From NCBI RefSeq assembly GCF_009914755.1, contig NC_060935.1: DNA of 64,000 bases; one strand, 5' to 3'. The position numbers and the translations under genes were made by a program. Origin of the DNA: the human T2T-CHM13v2.0 reference genome, Homo sapiens. Position 1 is the first letter of the stretch. The number at the start of each line of letters is the position of its first letter. The notes beneath the pieces are model-generated. The model worked only from the letters and a program-made list of their open reading frames with translations, searched no databases and was not told where the DNA came from. Below, one piece after another: positions 42,491 to 58,012 of this stretch.

Positions 42491-42858
42491 TGTATCAGTC
42501 CATTCTCACACTGCTATAACGAAATACCCAAGACTGGGTAATTTATAAAGAAAAGAGGGTTAATTGACTCACAGTTCTGCATGGCTGGGGAGGCCTCAGG
42601 AAACTTACAATAATGGCAGAAGGCGAAGGGGAAACAAAGCACATCACACATGGTGGCAGGACAGAGTGTGTGAGAAAGAGCGAGGAAGTGCCACATTTAA
42701 AACCATCAGCTCTCAGGAGAACTCCCTCACTATCACGCAGACAGCATGGGGGAAACTGCCCCCTTGATCCATTCACCTCACACCAAATACCTTCCTCCAC
42801 ACCTGGGGATTACAATTTGAGATGAGATTTGGGTGATGACACAGTCCAAACCATATCA
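42491..42858 (-). mobile_element. MSTA/THE1D-type MaLR solo LTR
   Basis: TGTATCAGTCC...AAACCATATCA; perfect TSD GTGAG. Confidence 0.92.
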
Positions 42859-44112
42859 GTGAGGTTATATCATGTATATGCAATGTATGAAATGGTTTCA
42901 AGTGTTCTTTAATGTTTTTTTTCTAGAGAAAAGCATGTGTCTAAACTTTTATATCAATAATTTAAATACATAACCAGTGGAATTATCTTATGCAACATAT
43001 AAAATATTTTATTTTCATAAAGTTCAAATTCAACTTTAGCCTTGACTCCAAAGGAGACTGAAAAAGTCACGTTATTTAATACAACTTTTTAAAATGACAT
43101 ATTTGTTTTGTAACTGACTTAGTCTGATTCTAGAGTATAAAATACACAAACGCATCATAAGAAAAGTAATCCTAGTGATACTGTCATGCTAACAAAGCCA
43201 TGAATTCTTGTATTCCTCAGAAGAAATCTTTTTTCTTTTTTCTTTTTGCTCTCCAGGCAGTTTTTTCTTTGGTTTCTGGAAGTTCAGAGCCTGTTATGCA
43301 GTGAGGCCAGTAAGAACTCTGAGAACAGGCATGTAAATTGTGTTCTTTGATTTCCTAATATTAAAATCAGTTGAGCAGTTTTTAGACTCTTCTCTGGAAT
43401 GCTATTTTCATCACCTCCTGTAGAAAAGTCCCTCTAGTGAATGATATTGACCACCTGATATTCCTAATTATTTAATCTATATTTTTCTCCTCATTTATTT
43501 TATCCAAGGGTTCTTTCATAGAGACTTAAGCAGACATTTGAACATCCCTCTCCCCCAACATAAACTCCTACTTATACATATGAGTATGGACTGGACAGAC
43601 CTACATATGTATTTAGACACATTACTTTCTGATTTTTCTTTCTTCACTACTCAGTGAACAACATTTCATGAAAGCTAAAACTTTTTTCTCATTTTATGCT
43701 ATGTCTAAAGTATGAACAAAATTCACATTTAAGGTGTAATATTAGTGTGCTAGTGGCCTGATAAACCATTCGAACCATCTATCTGAGACATTCTCATAAG
43801 TCACTAACTCTAAAAGAAACACTTGAATGGTGTAAACAACAGGTTCCCTTGTTAAGTTTTAGGTAATTGAAAGCCAAATCACACAGGAAAATGATCCTGA
43901 GATCACAGCCATCCTGTCAGGCATGGAGACAGAGGAAGCAGAGGGCTTCTTTAACGCTTCACAATAGTGACTGCCATGTCCACAGAAGGCAAGCCCTTTC
44001 ATACTGCACTGTATTAGGTGGAAGCCATGGCTATGGTACACAGCACTTCTCTACACACAAAAAACACAACAGCCTGCTGCACTAATGCTTTACATGACAA
44101 AAGTGTGCTAAA

Positions 44113-44469
44113 ATATAAAAAGAATGAACTCATGTCCTTTGCAGGGACATGGATGGAGCTAGAGGCCATTATCCTTAGCAAACTAGCACAGGAGCAGAAA
44201 ATCGAATACCACAGGTTATCACTTATAAGTGGGAGCTAAAAGATGAGAACACATGGACACATAGAGAAAAACAACACACACTGGGGCCTTTTGGAGGGTG
44301 GAGGGTGAGAGGAGGGAGAGGATCAGGAAAAATAACTAATGGTTACTAGGCTTAACACCTGGGTGATGAAATAATCTGTACAACAAACCACCATGACACA
44401 AGTTTACCTACGTAACAAACCTGTACTTGTATCCCCTGAACTTAAAATAAACTTAAAAAAAAAAAAAAA
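44113..44469 (+). mobile_element. Short 5'-truncated older L1PA (L1PA13-16-like) 3' end
   Basis: KNELMSFAGTWMELEAIILSKL; 3'UTR with AAAATAACTAATGG...GGGTGATGAAATAATCTGTACAAC; poly(A). Confidence 0.9.
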
Positions 44470-47400
44470 CCTCACTGGATACATTTTGACAATTTGCAAT
44501 GACCGAATGCTTTGGTTTGAAATAAGCTTAAGAAATCAAGGAATCAAATGTTTGTTCTTTGTAGATAGAGAAGTTGAACTTAAGATGTAATGAGAGTCTT
44601 ATCCATGGCCAACAGTCAGTAAATGGTAAAGCTGGGATCTGAGGCCAGAAGACCCAATTGCTAATTTATTATGCCACCCCACCTCATGTTACCAAGCTAG
44701 ATGGCAAATCTCTGTGTTAGAGTGTGTCCATGCTACTCCTTAATTTTTATGAGGTCTCAAGGACAAGGCCTCTGGCACAAACTGATTATTGTCTTGTTCT
44801 ATCTGTGCTACCAAATGTCGAGCGAATTTTACAGGGTCCAGGATTTTAGTTTAGGAAAAAACAAGAAGGCATGCTCAACATTAACATGTGATGCTAACCA
44901 AGCCCCCTGCAAGCTGCAATTTTGTTCTAGATGGAATTACCAGCACACTGATTCTGTTTTACAATATGAATTCAGCCATGTGGAACAAATTTAACAGTTT
45001 AGGCTTTTGACATACACAAAGGTAAAGTGTTTCCTTCCAAGCTGGTGACTTACGAGTACTTGTAGCATTTCCTGGAAAGGTATTACCAGGTCAAATTGTG
45101 CACTAAAGTAAAGACTATAGCTGCCCCAATTCAACCCATTTCTTTGGATCAGAGAGCCTAAATAGTTTAGGAGCTAATATGTTGCTGCACTTTCTGTTTA
45201 ACTAGAATGACCTCAAATCGAGAAAAGGTAAATGAAGATACAAAAAAATAACATCAGAGCGGCAGAAATAAACTATCTGGGCCAGATAACTTGTTTTTGA
45301 AATGACCATATTATCACAAATAAAATTACAATCCCTTTCTATATTATTTAAAAGTATTATCCACATTTCTAGTCTATAAGGAATGTATTATTCAGCATAT
45401 GGAGAAAAATGCATTTGTTTCTTTCTGATGCTTGGGATTAGTCTTACTCACTGCTGGCAGAAAGAATTCTACTCAGAATTCCACTACACTTATGCATTTT
45501 GTTATGCTATTTTAAACAACACTCTGTTTACCCTTTAAATATCAACTTGAGACATGATATGTTTTAGCACAGAATAACTCTTAATAAAGAACACACACTA
45601 AGCAAATATTAATAAACTGTAATAAAAACCATGTCTAAATAGCAGAGTTTCTATATTCAACTGAGTAATTTTGGATTAAAATTATGTGAAGCTCAGTGAG
45701 TGTTTCTAAATACTTAGAAGAGGTTATCATATTCCCGGCATTACAGTACAACACTCTTACAGTGTATTATCTCAATTCGTCCTCAAAACAACCATTTGAG
45801 ATTGTCCTCAATATCCCAATTTTATAGATGAAAAAACAACTTCTTCAAGATTAAATAAGTTGCTGAAATTGAGTGACAGACCCGGAATTCAAATCAAATC
45901 CCACATTGTGTTCGGTCCATTCAGTTGTTTCTCTGTAACCCATATGTTCAGCCTTGTTGTTTATTATGCTCCATTAGGAAGTGATCTAACAACTAGGTTG
46001 GAGTTTTGCATCTCTTTCTATGTATCTCAGAGAGATTAATTAGGAAAGTCGCTGGAGTATTTGTGGTACAATTAGAGTAAATGTGTTTTAATGTTATCCT
46101 CAGGCAACAAAGGCATTTTTTCTTTCTAATTTCACTTTGTATTTCTCCATCTGATGTTATTTCCCTGATCAACACTAGTGTTGTGCGATTGGAAGAAATG
46201 GGCTATGGTTTAGATAGACTTGAATCCAAGTGTCACCATTTCTAGCACTGTTATTCGGTAGACTACTCCAACTCAGATACTTTTTTGGATCCTTGTGAGG
46301 ATTAAATACACACTGTGTATGGAACATTGATGGCACATAGTAATCATGGCCCATTTATTGCTTTACGTGAGAAATCTTAGTACTCTACAATGTTTTCCAT
46401 ACATTTTCAGATAGTACTACCTTTAATTTACCTTGAGCCATATTAATAGGAACCACAGCTAGATAAGAGCCCAAGAAAAAGGGTTTGAGAATACAGGTGA
46501 GATAAAAAAGATGGGAGGGGGGTTTTGGTCTCCTATGTGCATCAGCCATTAGTTGAGTAGACTAGTGTAGACTAGTGACTCTGATTAATTGATAAGTAGG
46601 AACTTCCTAGAGCCAACCATTATTTATTTGTTTATACATTAATCTTTCCCAGACAAAGGGTTCCTGGAGCAAACAACTAAATCATGATGCTCTACAGTCT
46701 TATCTAAGCCGTGATGACAAAAATGCTCTCAATTCTTAGCAAAATCACAGCAGATGCTAGAGGGAATCCTCATCAGGACCCTGTTTAACAACCCAGAGAC
46801 TTGACTAGAAAAGGCCAGTCACAGACTGTAGACCTCAGCCATCTGCCAGTAGGCCTCTGGAATGATATTCATTTTATTGGATGGTAAATTATAAAAGGAG
46901 AATTAGAAAGGTGATCAATATGAGGAGAAGGGAATGAAAGGCAGGACACTATCAGGAAGCGGGGTCAGCATAGGAAGGATCTGTTAAGCCTGGAAACAAA
47001 TCATTGGCTACATTCCCTGTACTGTGTAAGTTAACAGGATAGGAAAGAAAGGCTGGCCTCTTTGGATTGAAATCACTACTTGGTTTTTTGAAAATGTCTT
47101 AGCACTTCAAGATTATACCATATGAAACTGTATCATGTATTCAAATTCAAAAAAGTTATGATGGAGTTTGGACTGAAACTGGAGTTTCCTGCTTTGAATT
47201 GTTGAATGGATCAATAAAACCCCACTGAATACTAGGCATTCATTCAAATGCTTGCATATTTTCCTCCTCTGGCTTTTCAAATTCTTCATTATGTTTTTGC
47301 TTAAATATATAATAATTTTTGCCTTCCAGACATGTAATAAAATTAGATTAATAAGAAACTTGGTAGTTTTAGCAATTTATAGATGCAGTCTTTAATTTCC

Positions 47401-47715
47401 CACTTACTAACTATATAAGTTAGACCAGGTCACCTTAATCTCAAGAGCCTGAATACTTATTCTACAGGCAATATACTTATTACTCCCACCCTATGAGTTT
47501 TTTGTAATATAAACTTGAGATAATAAAAACAGCTGATATAGTGGTTTAACAGGTTACATGAAATAATGTATGTGAAAGCAACTAACGCCACCATCCCTGT
47601 GACAACGTACACAATTAAGCTATTTTATTTTTCTGCCCCCTTTTTCTAAACTTCTACTTTTACAGGGTAAATTTAAAATAGGTGTGTCTTTTTTTTTATT
47701 CCACATTATTTAAAT

Positions 47716-47915
47716 AAATGGTTCACAGCTTGGAGGATTTTTGCTCTGCAGGGAATATTTGAAAATATCTGTGGTTATTTTTGGTTGTTACCACAGGAAA
47801 GGCAGATGCTGCCAGTATCTAGAAAGTAGAAGCTAGAAATGCTGCTAAACATCCTACAACTCATAGAACAACCCCCAGCAAAAAAATTATCCATCCCAAA
47901 ATGTGAACAATGCAG
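47716..47915 (+). mobile_element. MER20
   Basis: TTTTTGGTTGTTACCAC...GCTGCTAAACATCCTACAA...AATTATCCATCCCAAAATGT. Confidence 0.75.
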
Positions 47916-48569
47916 ATCAAAATTGTCTGATGATTATTGATTAGATGCATATTTTACCTAAAAGGAATATAGAATTGAAGGAATCATCAAAATCTAGATC
48001 ATTAATATCAATAAATATTAATATTTGTTGACTAAACTATGCTAAATATGTATGTATACATATATGTACATATGCATATATGTACATAAATATACATACA
48101 CAAGCATACACACAAAAATCTATTTTTACTGGACTTACCTAATTTTGTTTTATACCATTCAATGAAGTTGGTTATTTTATACTCATTTTTATAGGAGGCT
48201 TGATGATATCATACAATCTGACCCAAGGACATGTAACTACCCACTGATGGAGACATAAGCTAAATTCAGGTGTTTTGACTCCAAAACCATTGCTTCAAAT
48301 CACTAAGCAATGTTGTCTCCCAACAGTTAAATCCTGGCCCTGCACACTCAATGGTTCAGTTCTTTCACTAATGTAATCCTCTTGAATTATAGTTTCTACT
48401 CAGTAAAAAAATAATTTTTTAAAAGATTTTACATTTTCATTCACGTTATGGAGTCAGCATCAGCATCAAAGTTATGAAATCAATAAAAGTACTTTAAAAT
48501 TTTAAAGTACCATAAAATGCAAGCTGCTAGGCCCACTGATTGATAGATCCCTCTCATCACTGATTATAC

Positions 48570-48618
48570 CTGAAGAATTTTAACTTTATGCTGCTAAAAC
48601 AATGGTCCTGTCAGTACT
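48570..48618 (-). pseudogene. Candidate internal exon, 49 bp
   Basis: tatttatgtctttctatatAG|AGTACTG...TCTTCAG|GTATAA. Confidence 0.55.
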
Positions 48619-50259
48619 CTATATAGAAAGACATAAATACACATAAAAATTCTGTCCCATGGAAAACAAAGATAAGCGACATTTTTGACAAATCATAAAG
48701 AATAAGGAGAGAAAAATAAATATCTAAAAATCTAGTGTTCCCTTCAGAAGTAAAAACTATTGTGTTTACTAATGAAATTAAAGTTGATTGAAAAGAAATA
48801 AAATTTATACTACAGAAAAATTTACATAGCTTTGACCACACAGTTTTATTTCATATTTCCTATGAGAAATAAATCCAAGAATTATCAAAAACTACCAGGG
48901 CACAGACGGATATAACATATGTGAGTGTCTTCAATAAAAGAGTACTCATTTCTGGTAAGATTTAGGACTGTTAATAACACAATATTTTCAAGGAAACTTC
49001 CATACTAATGTCAGATTTCAGCAGAGTAAAATTGAGGTATTCTCATTCTTACAAGAGTAAGTATGTATTAACTAACATTTTATAATGATTTTCTTGATTA
49101 ATGTCCCCAAAGTGTAATACTCTTTGACTCTTTTATATGGATCTGGACAATTAAATTTCAAAAAGACACCTCAATTAACAGTCTTATTGAACAAAAAATG
49201 TATTATAATCGTATTCACAACACATTTACTAAGCAGTTATATTAGTCAACCATTCAACACAAATTTATGAAATGTCTACTCTCTGCTCAACATTGTGCTA
49301 AGTATCACTGTGAAGCTATGAGCGAGAATACTTACAAATAAAAAAGTTCACTTTCTGAAAACGAAATTGGAGTAAGAATCTTGAGGTCTAACTGGAAGCT
49401 GGATTACAGCCACTCTGTATGTCTTGAAGTGCCTCATAGTTGAATTAATTACTGTCACAACTGCCTCTTTTCTCTTTGATTCATCTTTTCATAGTATTAA
49501 TACTTATTCTCTGTTAAATTATTGCATCTCTCTCGAACTCCATAGGGGTATTCCTAACATGTTAGTTCATTCCTATCAAATTTGAGTCTTACAGAATTAA
49601 GATGCAAGGTTAAACACTGCATTCATATTAAATCTATACAGTTTAGTCTATAACCAATGGCTAGTCTAAAATTAATGTCCAAAGAATGATCAACAAAAAA
49701 TTCAAAATGCCCCTTTCAAGATGGTTCAAATTTTTTATGGAATGAGAAATGGTGTAAATAAGTTAACTTTAAATAGGTAGACACATCTTTCATTGAATAT
49801 CTACTGTGGGCACTACAGATATCTCAACAACATTCATCCCACTGTTTCTCCACAGTGACATATTCATGGAGTTTAGATTGGGTTAACTTCACAGGTGGAC
49901 CTTGGCTGACTAAAATTAAACAATGATTGTCCATTCTTTCCACAATGAAAGGTTGATGAAACTCAGGCCTAAGACCAATGTTTTATATTCCTCTGGCCAT
50001 AATACTTGGTTCTAAGAAAATAAAATCTGTGCAAAATCCAGGAATTTTATATGGCTCTTGAGGGATAAACGCACTCTCTCTCTTCTACTGCCACTGAATA
50101 TAGAAATAGATTGAATAGATTGACTCTTGTGTTTGTATCTATCTCTCCCTCTCGTTGAATAGATTGACTATTGTGTGTATATATCTCTCTCGTTTGTAAG
50201 TATATGTTTATGTAAGTATATACAAACAGAAAGGGAGGTGAATAGAAAGTGATAAAAAT

Positions 50260-50568
<309 letters not shown>

Positions 50569-50672
50569 TTATAAAAGTAAATAATATTTAATCACTAGTA
50601 GAAGGATACTAATGAGCAGAACACTATGCACCATTTATCAGTGCCAGATGAAGACTCCAAGCACTTCTGACC

Positions 50673-50845
50673 ATTGCCTCTTGGTATCAGAGTTGCCAAG
50701 GGAAACATAACTTACATAAAGAAAATTACTCTTACTTACATAGAGAATATACAAAGCAAGACCAACTCCAATAGTATGGTGTTGGTCCCTCATGGCTAAC
50801 ACGTTACCCTGGCATCTGGAACAGGGCAACCGGTTTGCCACCACA
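50673..50845. promoter_or_regulatory. Cluster of RFX X-box-like motifs around the candidate first exon
   Basis: GTTGCCAAGGGAAAC (50692-50706), GTTACCCTGGCATC (50803-50816), plus half sites CATGGCTAAC and GGGCAACC. Confidence 0.5.
50740..50815 (-). pseudogene. Candidate first (ATG-bearing) exon
   Basis: GCCATGA at 50790-50796, MRDQHHTIGVGLALYILY, donor TAT|GTAAGT; upstream boundary uncertain (CAG at 50816-50818, or a TSS). Confidence 0.55.
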
Positions 50846-53450
50846 GTAAAAGGACCTCACCCTAACCCCATAGGGTCTTTCATGCTGACAGTTAGGGCCC
50901 TGTCTGATGGCCATGAAGGGATTTAAAATTTTAAAGTGCTTTTTTTTTTTTTTTTTTGATGTACAAACTTAAGCAGAACAAAGGAACACTCCCTGAGTCT
51001 GAAACAGGCCAAGATACCCCACACAAAGGGATAATTCTGGCACAGGCTTTTTGGGCTCTTTATCTCTTGATAAGGAAGTGTTCCAGGCTCAAGACCCACT
51101 ATTCTGTGGCTGAGCCAGGGTTGAAAGACTGGGCATATAAGACTTCTTTTCCCAACAGACACCAGAATGATAATATTTTTATATTACATGTCTGCAGTTT
51201 ACACACCACTTTCACATAAATATTATCTAATCTTCACAGCATGCCTGTGAAGTACAATTACTACTTTTTACAAGTGAAGACATTGAAATTTTAAAGAAGT
51301 TTTGTGATTTATCCTATGCTACAAGTATTAGATCACTTGACTACTGCCAAAGTAGTACATGAGAAGAGACAATAAGCGAACAGAATCTCAAGAAAGAGAT
51401 ATCACCGCATGGAACAGTCCTTAAGGGGGCCTGAGATTGTTGGAAAAGGAGAATAACACTTTAGAAGGGAACAATGAAAACAACCAGAAACTAGGGCAAG
51501 AAAAGATCCTGATCTTAACCAAGGTATGTGATTCCAGACCCTCTTCCTTTACTCACTCAAACACTGACTCTCAACCCCAATATAAATGTCCCCACTGCCA
51601 AGGAAGTAAGGATTAGGCACCATGCAAAACTAAATCCATACAGCATTTTGTGGGCTGTTTTTGCTGCATGGCTTCAGATCACTTTAATGCATAGAACGTA
51701 CAGATTTTCCTGGGTAATTTTCCCTTTTGTTAAGCCTGAAGGTTCTTGGTGGGGCCTTCCCCATGGTTGGTAGATCTGTGATGCTGGGAAGGCTCTTTAA
51801 AATGACCCAAGAGAAACTTACTGAGGCACACGAACCCAGAAAGAGCATGTGCATATCTAGAGAATTAGCATTTAGTAGAATAATATGTCAACAAAACAGC
51901 TAACCATACATATCCCATAATTTGTCAGAGCCCTTCTAAGCTTCTCTGTATCAGAAGATAATCTTCATGAACAAACATCAACAAGATGAGAGAATTTAAC
52001 TTTTCAGTTCTTCTAAGGGGCCTGAAATAGCTTTTAAACAACATATTAAACTAGAACTGTCAGTTTATTTCTTAACAGGTCACTTTGGGATGGCTTTTCA
52101 CTATTTTTTTTTACTTGTCCATAAAAAATTACATGACTTTATTTTCAATCTACACACTTATTTATTACACAGATATTTAGAGAACAGCCTTGCTTTCTTC
52201 CTTTTTTATTGTACCCTCTATCAAGATGTACTAGTTTCTGATCCTTACCATTCCAATGTTAGCCATGCCCTGAAAGGTTTTCTGACCATGACAAGAAACA
52301 TATCCGGAGAGGCTAAAAACAATTTTGCCTCATTTAAAAAAATCATCACCTGATTGCTTTGATCAATGCCCTGTTTATTTTACCTTTCCTTGTTCTTCCC
52401 ACTGTATAAATTTCCTCCCTTTCAGAGGCTTCCATGAGTCTCGCTGGACTACCCACCAGTGCTAGCAGCCTTCTCCGATGACTTGACCCATGGCTGGCCA
52501 TAATGATCCCATGCATCACACTTTATTCCACAACCGACAGTCACTAGGGCACACCAAGGCAAACTGTTTCATTTTAGATGGGCCTTAACCTTTACTTTGT
52601 CTGAATCTCAATAGACTTTGCCAATTTGAAGAACAAAGAGTGAATATATTTCTGAAAATTTAAGAGTAATGGCTTAGCTTTGTAAAAGGAGGTGAAAGCA
52701 TTTTATCAAATAAGTTTGACATATAGTTGTATTCTGAAACGTTTGAATTAGGATTCAAAAAGTGAGTGTGGATCCAAAACAATATGCACCATATGCTTTC
52801 TCTTAAAATAAAAGCTGACCACCAGCACCAGCTGTAAAAGGCTGGTCAGTGCTAACAGGTTTTTGAGGCTGTGTAACTTTAAGTAAAATGTTCAAATGTA
52901 AGGGCCAGTATCATCGTCTGTGATAGCAGGTGCTACTAATCTCTGAAGTTCTTTGATAAGAAAAGTTTCTCCTAGCCTATTCTTGCTTGAAATAGTAGAA
53001 TAGAGAAAATTTAGCCCACAAGACCTTATGACATTGCCCAGCTTACGTTTAGAACATTATCTAAAACTACAAGAATATTTTTCTGTATTAATTTCAAGCT
53101 TATACTTCTGTGAAAATGCTCTATTTTCTCGTACTTCTATTTTTATCTATGTACTCTTCTCCCTGATTGAAGTAACCTACCATCCTGTCAATACTCTTCT
53201 TCATCTAGTTAAATTTTACAAAGACAGAAATCAAGTGGCACATTTTAATTTTTTGTTCTATCTTGCTGTTATTTCTCTGAGGCCCAGTAACCCACTATGC
53301 TTGTCTTCATCAGCCTTTAGGAGCATGCATTAAATTTGATGTTATATGTTCAGCTTCTCTTATAAGAGAAGCTTATACTGTGGGATGACAATCATTGACA
53401 TTATATTTGCTTTCCTTGATGGCACAGTACACGAAATATAATAGGTCTTC

Positions 53451-53614
53451 TGTTTTCTACTTAATGTTTGTGCCTGCCTCAACCCAAACTTTATATGTTG
53501 AAATCCTAACACCCAATGTAATGGTATTGGGAGACAGTATTAGGACCTGTGAGAAGGCATTAGGTCGGAAAGGTAGAGCCCTCATTAATAGGATTAGTAT
53601 CCTTATAGTAAACA

Positions 53615-53652
<38 letters not shown>

Positions 53653-53846
53653 TTCTCTTTCAACCAAGTGAGGATACAATGAGAAGATGGCTGCCTGCAA
53701 ACCAGGAAGTGTGCCCTCCATAAACACTAGACAAGAGCTGCACATTGATCTTGGGCTTCTCAGCTTTCAGAACTGTGAGAAATAAATTGTTGTTTAAGCC
53801 ACCCAGTCTAAGGTATTCTGTGGTAATAGCCCTAAATACTGAGACA
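53451..53846 (+). mobile_element. MLT1A-type MaLR solo LTR with an internal (CA)n(GA)n tract
   Basis: ATATGTTGAAATCCTAACACCCAATGTAATGGTATT...CAGAACTGTGAGAAATAAATT...GAGACA. Confidence 0.85.
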
Positions 53847-55460
53847 TACTCATCAGATATTTACTGAATACATGAGTGACTGAATGAATGGGTGGGTGAT
53901 GTCTGTGTTCTTATTTTCATCTGCAATGTGATTTATTTCAATTTTGTTGCCCATATTCTTCATTCCAAGACCAAGCTTTCTCCCTGCCAGTGCTTCCTCT
54001 CGTTTCCTCCATTATTACTTGTTTCTTTTGATTTCTATTTTACTCTTCAACTTCCAGACTCTAAATTATAGTCACATGAAAATGAATCAAGATCTTTTCT
54101 TAATTCTGATCAAATATGTAGTTATGTGCAAACCAATGAGTCAAATTAACCAGTCTTTCTTGCCTTCAGGACTCTGCAGGAACTAGTCGAAGACTAGAGG
54201 GCAGAAGAGAAAGAAACCAGAGGATTTACCTTCCTCTTTCTCTGTAGGGGCTGCATCTTTCCCTCAGTTCAGGTCCGTACCTGACAAGACTGTCATACTT
54301 TCAGGTTCTACCAGGTTATCCCATACCCTGATTTTCAGTGACACTGACTCTTCCTGTTGTCACTCCATTCCAAGAAAGCTGCTCCTTCCCAGTGTTATTC
54401 ATCTCTGGGTAGCTTCGCCATCTCCTGCCTAGCCTCTCTGCTTTTCCACAGCCTCAGTATTCAGTACACTGACTTTTTTATTTGTAATACTAAGATGAAT
54501 TTGTTTTTCCTGGTTGAAACCTGACTAAGGACTACCTAAGAGGAGAATTTAGACATATGGGCAAGAAGTAGCTAAATTTTTTCTTAGTATTTTTAAAATT
54601 ACAGTGAAAAGCCCATGTTTTCTGAATGACTTCAGGGACTATATAATTCATTCACATCATATTGGTTTCATTGATTACTGGAAACTCTGTGGAAATTGAA
54701 ATAATAGCAAATGCAAATAAAAGTAATGAATGGACACATGAGTATCATTTGGTTCCTATAAAGACTAATATAGCTTATTACTCTGTCAAAAACCTAACCT
54801 CAGTCATAACAAGTATTAATTTATGATTTCAGAATATCAGGTTTCTTTTGTTAAAGGTAAAGCCATCACATTTAGTTCCATGTAATCACATTAGTTCTAT
54901 ATTCATCATCATTTAAATGACTAAAATTAAATACTCTTCATTCTGTCCTGGGAAATTCTGCAAAACATATTTTCTTCAACCCAAGGAGGGGTAGGGCCCA
55001 TGTGGGCTGAAGTGGTAAGAATAGATTTCCTGGAAGATTCTGCAAGTTGTTCAAGGAAATACATCTCCGTAGATTTTGAAATATTTCCAAGAAATTAAAC
55101 TACAACATGTAGCTTCAATGTAACCAGGAAATCAATCTATTGAATAATTTTAATTAAATGAGTCAAATGACTATGAAGCTTTATGAAGTATGCTTTCATA
55201 GAAAAACTAGCACTAATACTATCAAACCACATACTTAGGTAAACAGTTTGGCACCAGATAATCCCTGAAAGAAGTTCAGGGAAACACACAAGTAATACAG
55301 CAAAGGGAATATCAAGACCCAGAAGAAGTTAATGTGCCAGCTGCTCTGATTTATTTTTCATAATACAAAGTGATGATGTGAGAATCTTTATTTTGATACT
55401 ATTTGTGTGAGGAAATTTATCTTTTATGCCAGTAGAGGAGGGATACCTCATATTTCTTAT

Positions 55461-55834
55461 TGCATTAGTCTGCTAAGGCTGCCATAATGAAGTACAACAG
55501 TCTGGGTAGCTTAAATAAGAGAAATTTATTTTCCCTCAGTCCTGGAGACTAGAAGTTCAAGATCATGGTAACCTCAGGGTTAGTTTCTTATGAGGCCTTT
55601 CTCTTTAGCTTGTAAATGGCTGTCTTCTCCCTGAGTTTTCACATGGCTATTCCTGTGTGGGTCTGTATCCTAATTTTCATTTTTTATATAAGACAATAGT
55701 CATATTGGATTAAGACCCACCCTAATGACTTTATTCCATGTAATTATATTTTTAAAGATTTTTTTTTTCAAAAAATGTCATATTTTGAGGACTTCAACAT
55801 ATAAATATAGGGGAGACACAATCAGCCCAAAACA
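55461..55834 (-). mobile_element. MLT1A/B-type MaLR solo LTR
   Basis: TGCATTAGTCTGCTAAGGCTGCCATAA...GAAATTTATT...ACAATCAGCCCAAAACA. Confidence 0.85.
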
Positions 55835-56860
55835 CTCATACAGTAAATGAATTTTCTTTTGGAGGTAATATATATTGAAGTTGGTGGTTTTGGTGCTAAC
55901 AATAAAGTGGAAAACAGAAAATCAAGAATAAAAAAGATGAAAAGAAAAGGAGAATTGCTTTTCACCAAGCAATACTCAGACATCTACTAACCTGACATTT
56001 TTTCTACTTTTGTATATACTTTTCTGTCAAAAATAGTCATTATTTTTTCATGGCTAATCCCTAGAGATTCTTCAAGAACTAACTTTAGCATCATCCTCTG
56101 TACAAAACATTTCAACTTACCCACTTTCACTGATTTGAATTCAATGGTTTTTCTTTGTCCTTCTTTAGCAGCTGGATATGTATCAGACCCAGTAGGGTTA
56201 TCACCTGGTACAATAATCATATACAACTATTTCTTCCATTAACCTCAGAGCTCCTTGAGGACAAGTACTAGCTATGTCCTCTCCATGTTATCAATGCTTA
56301 GCTTTGATAAGCTTTGGTTTGGGAACCTAACCTAATAGGTTCTACATTAACATCATTTCTTGATTCAACAAATATTGTTCTGTATCCTGTATCGCACATA
56401 AAATATAAAATAATAAAAACAATAAGACACAGTCTCAGCATTACTGAAACTGTTTAATGAAATAACCCCATAAGAAATAAATGTTACTCACACACCATGA
56501 GCAATACCACCATCCATTATCATGCTTTATCCTATAGACAAGTAGAATTCTACAGTAAGCATTATAGCCCTTCGGCAGAGGTTAGTAACCCTTTCTAGCA
56601 CACGTAATGGTGGCTCAAGACTTGAGCTAGGTAGTAGTCAAATAACCCTGAAACCTGAGTCCACTTCTCAAACTTCAAGTGGGAAGCAGAAACTTATGTA
56701 TGGTGGCTTTTAACCTGAGCAAAATGCACGACAAAGTATAAGTCTAAAAATCCTAGAAGTGACATGGTTACAAATCAAAAGATGTCAATGATGAATAGAA
56801 TAAATAAAAAGTAAGCCTTTAATTCCAACTTAGTAGCCTACTTCACAAGCTACACAATGA

Positions 56861-57642
<782 letters not shown>

Positions 57643-57691
57643 TAAATGCAGATGCAGAGTGGTCAGTGGCAAGTATTTGAAAAAGACTTTC

Positions 57692-58012
<321 letters not shown>

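Noticed and set aside
43257-43420. Splice-like signals on both strands
   Set aside because: No matching donor on the minus strand, and the plus-strand block has no partner exons
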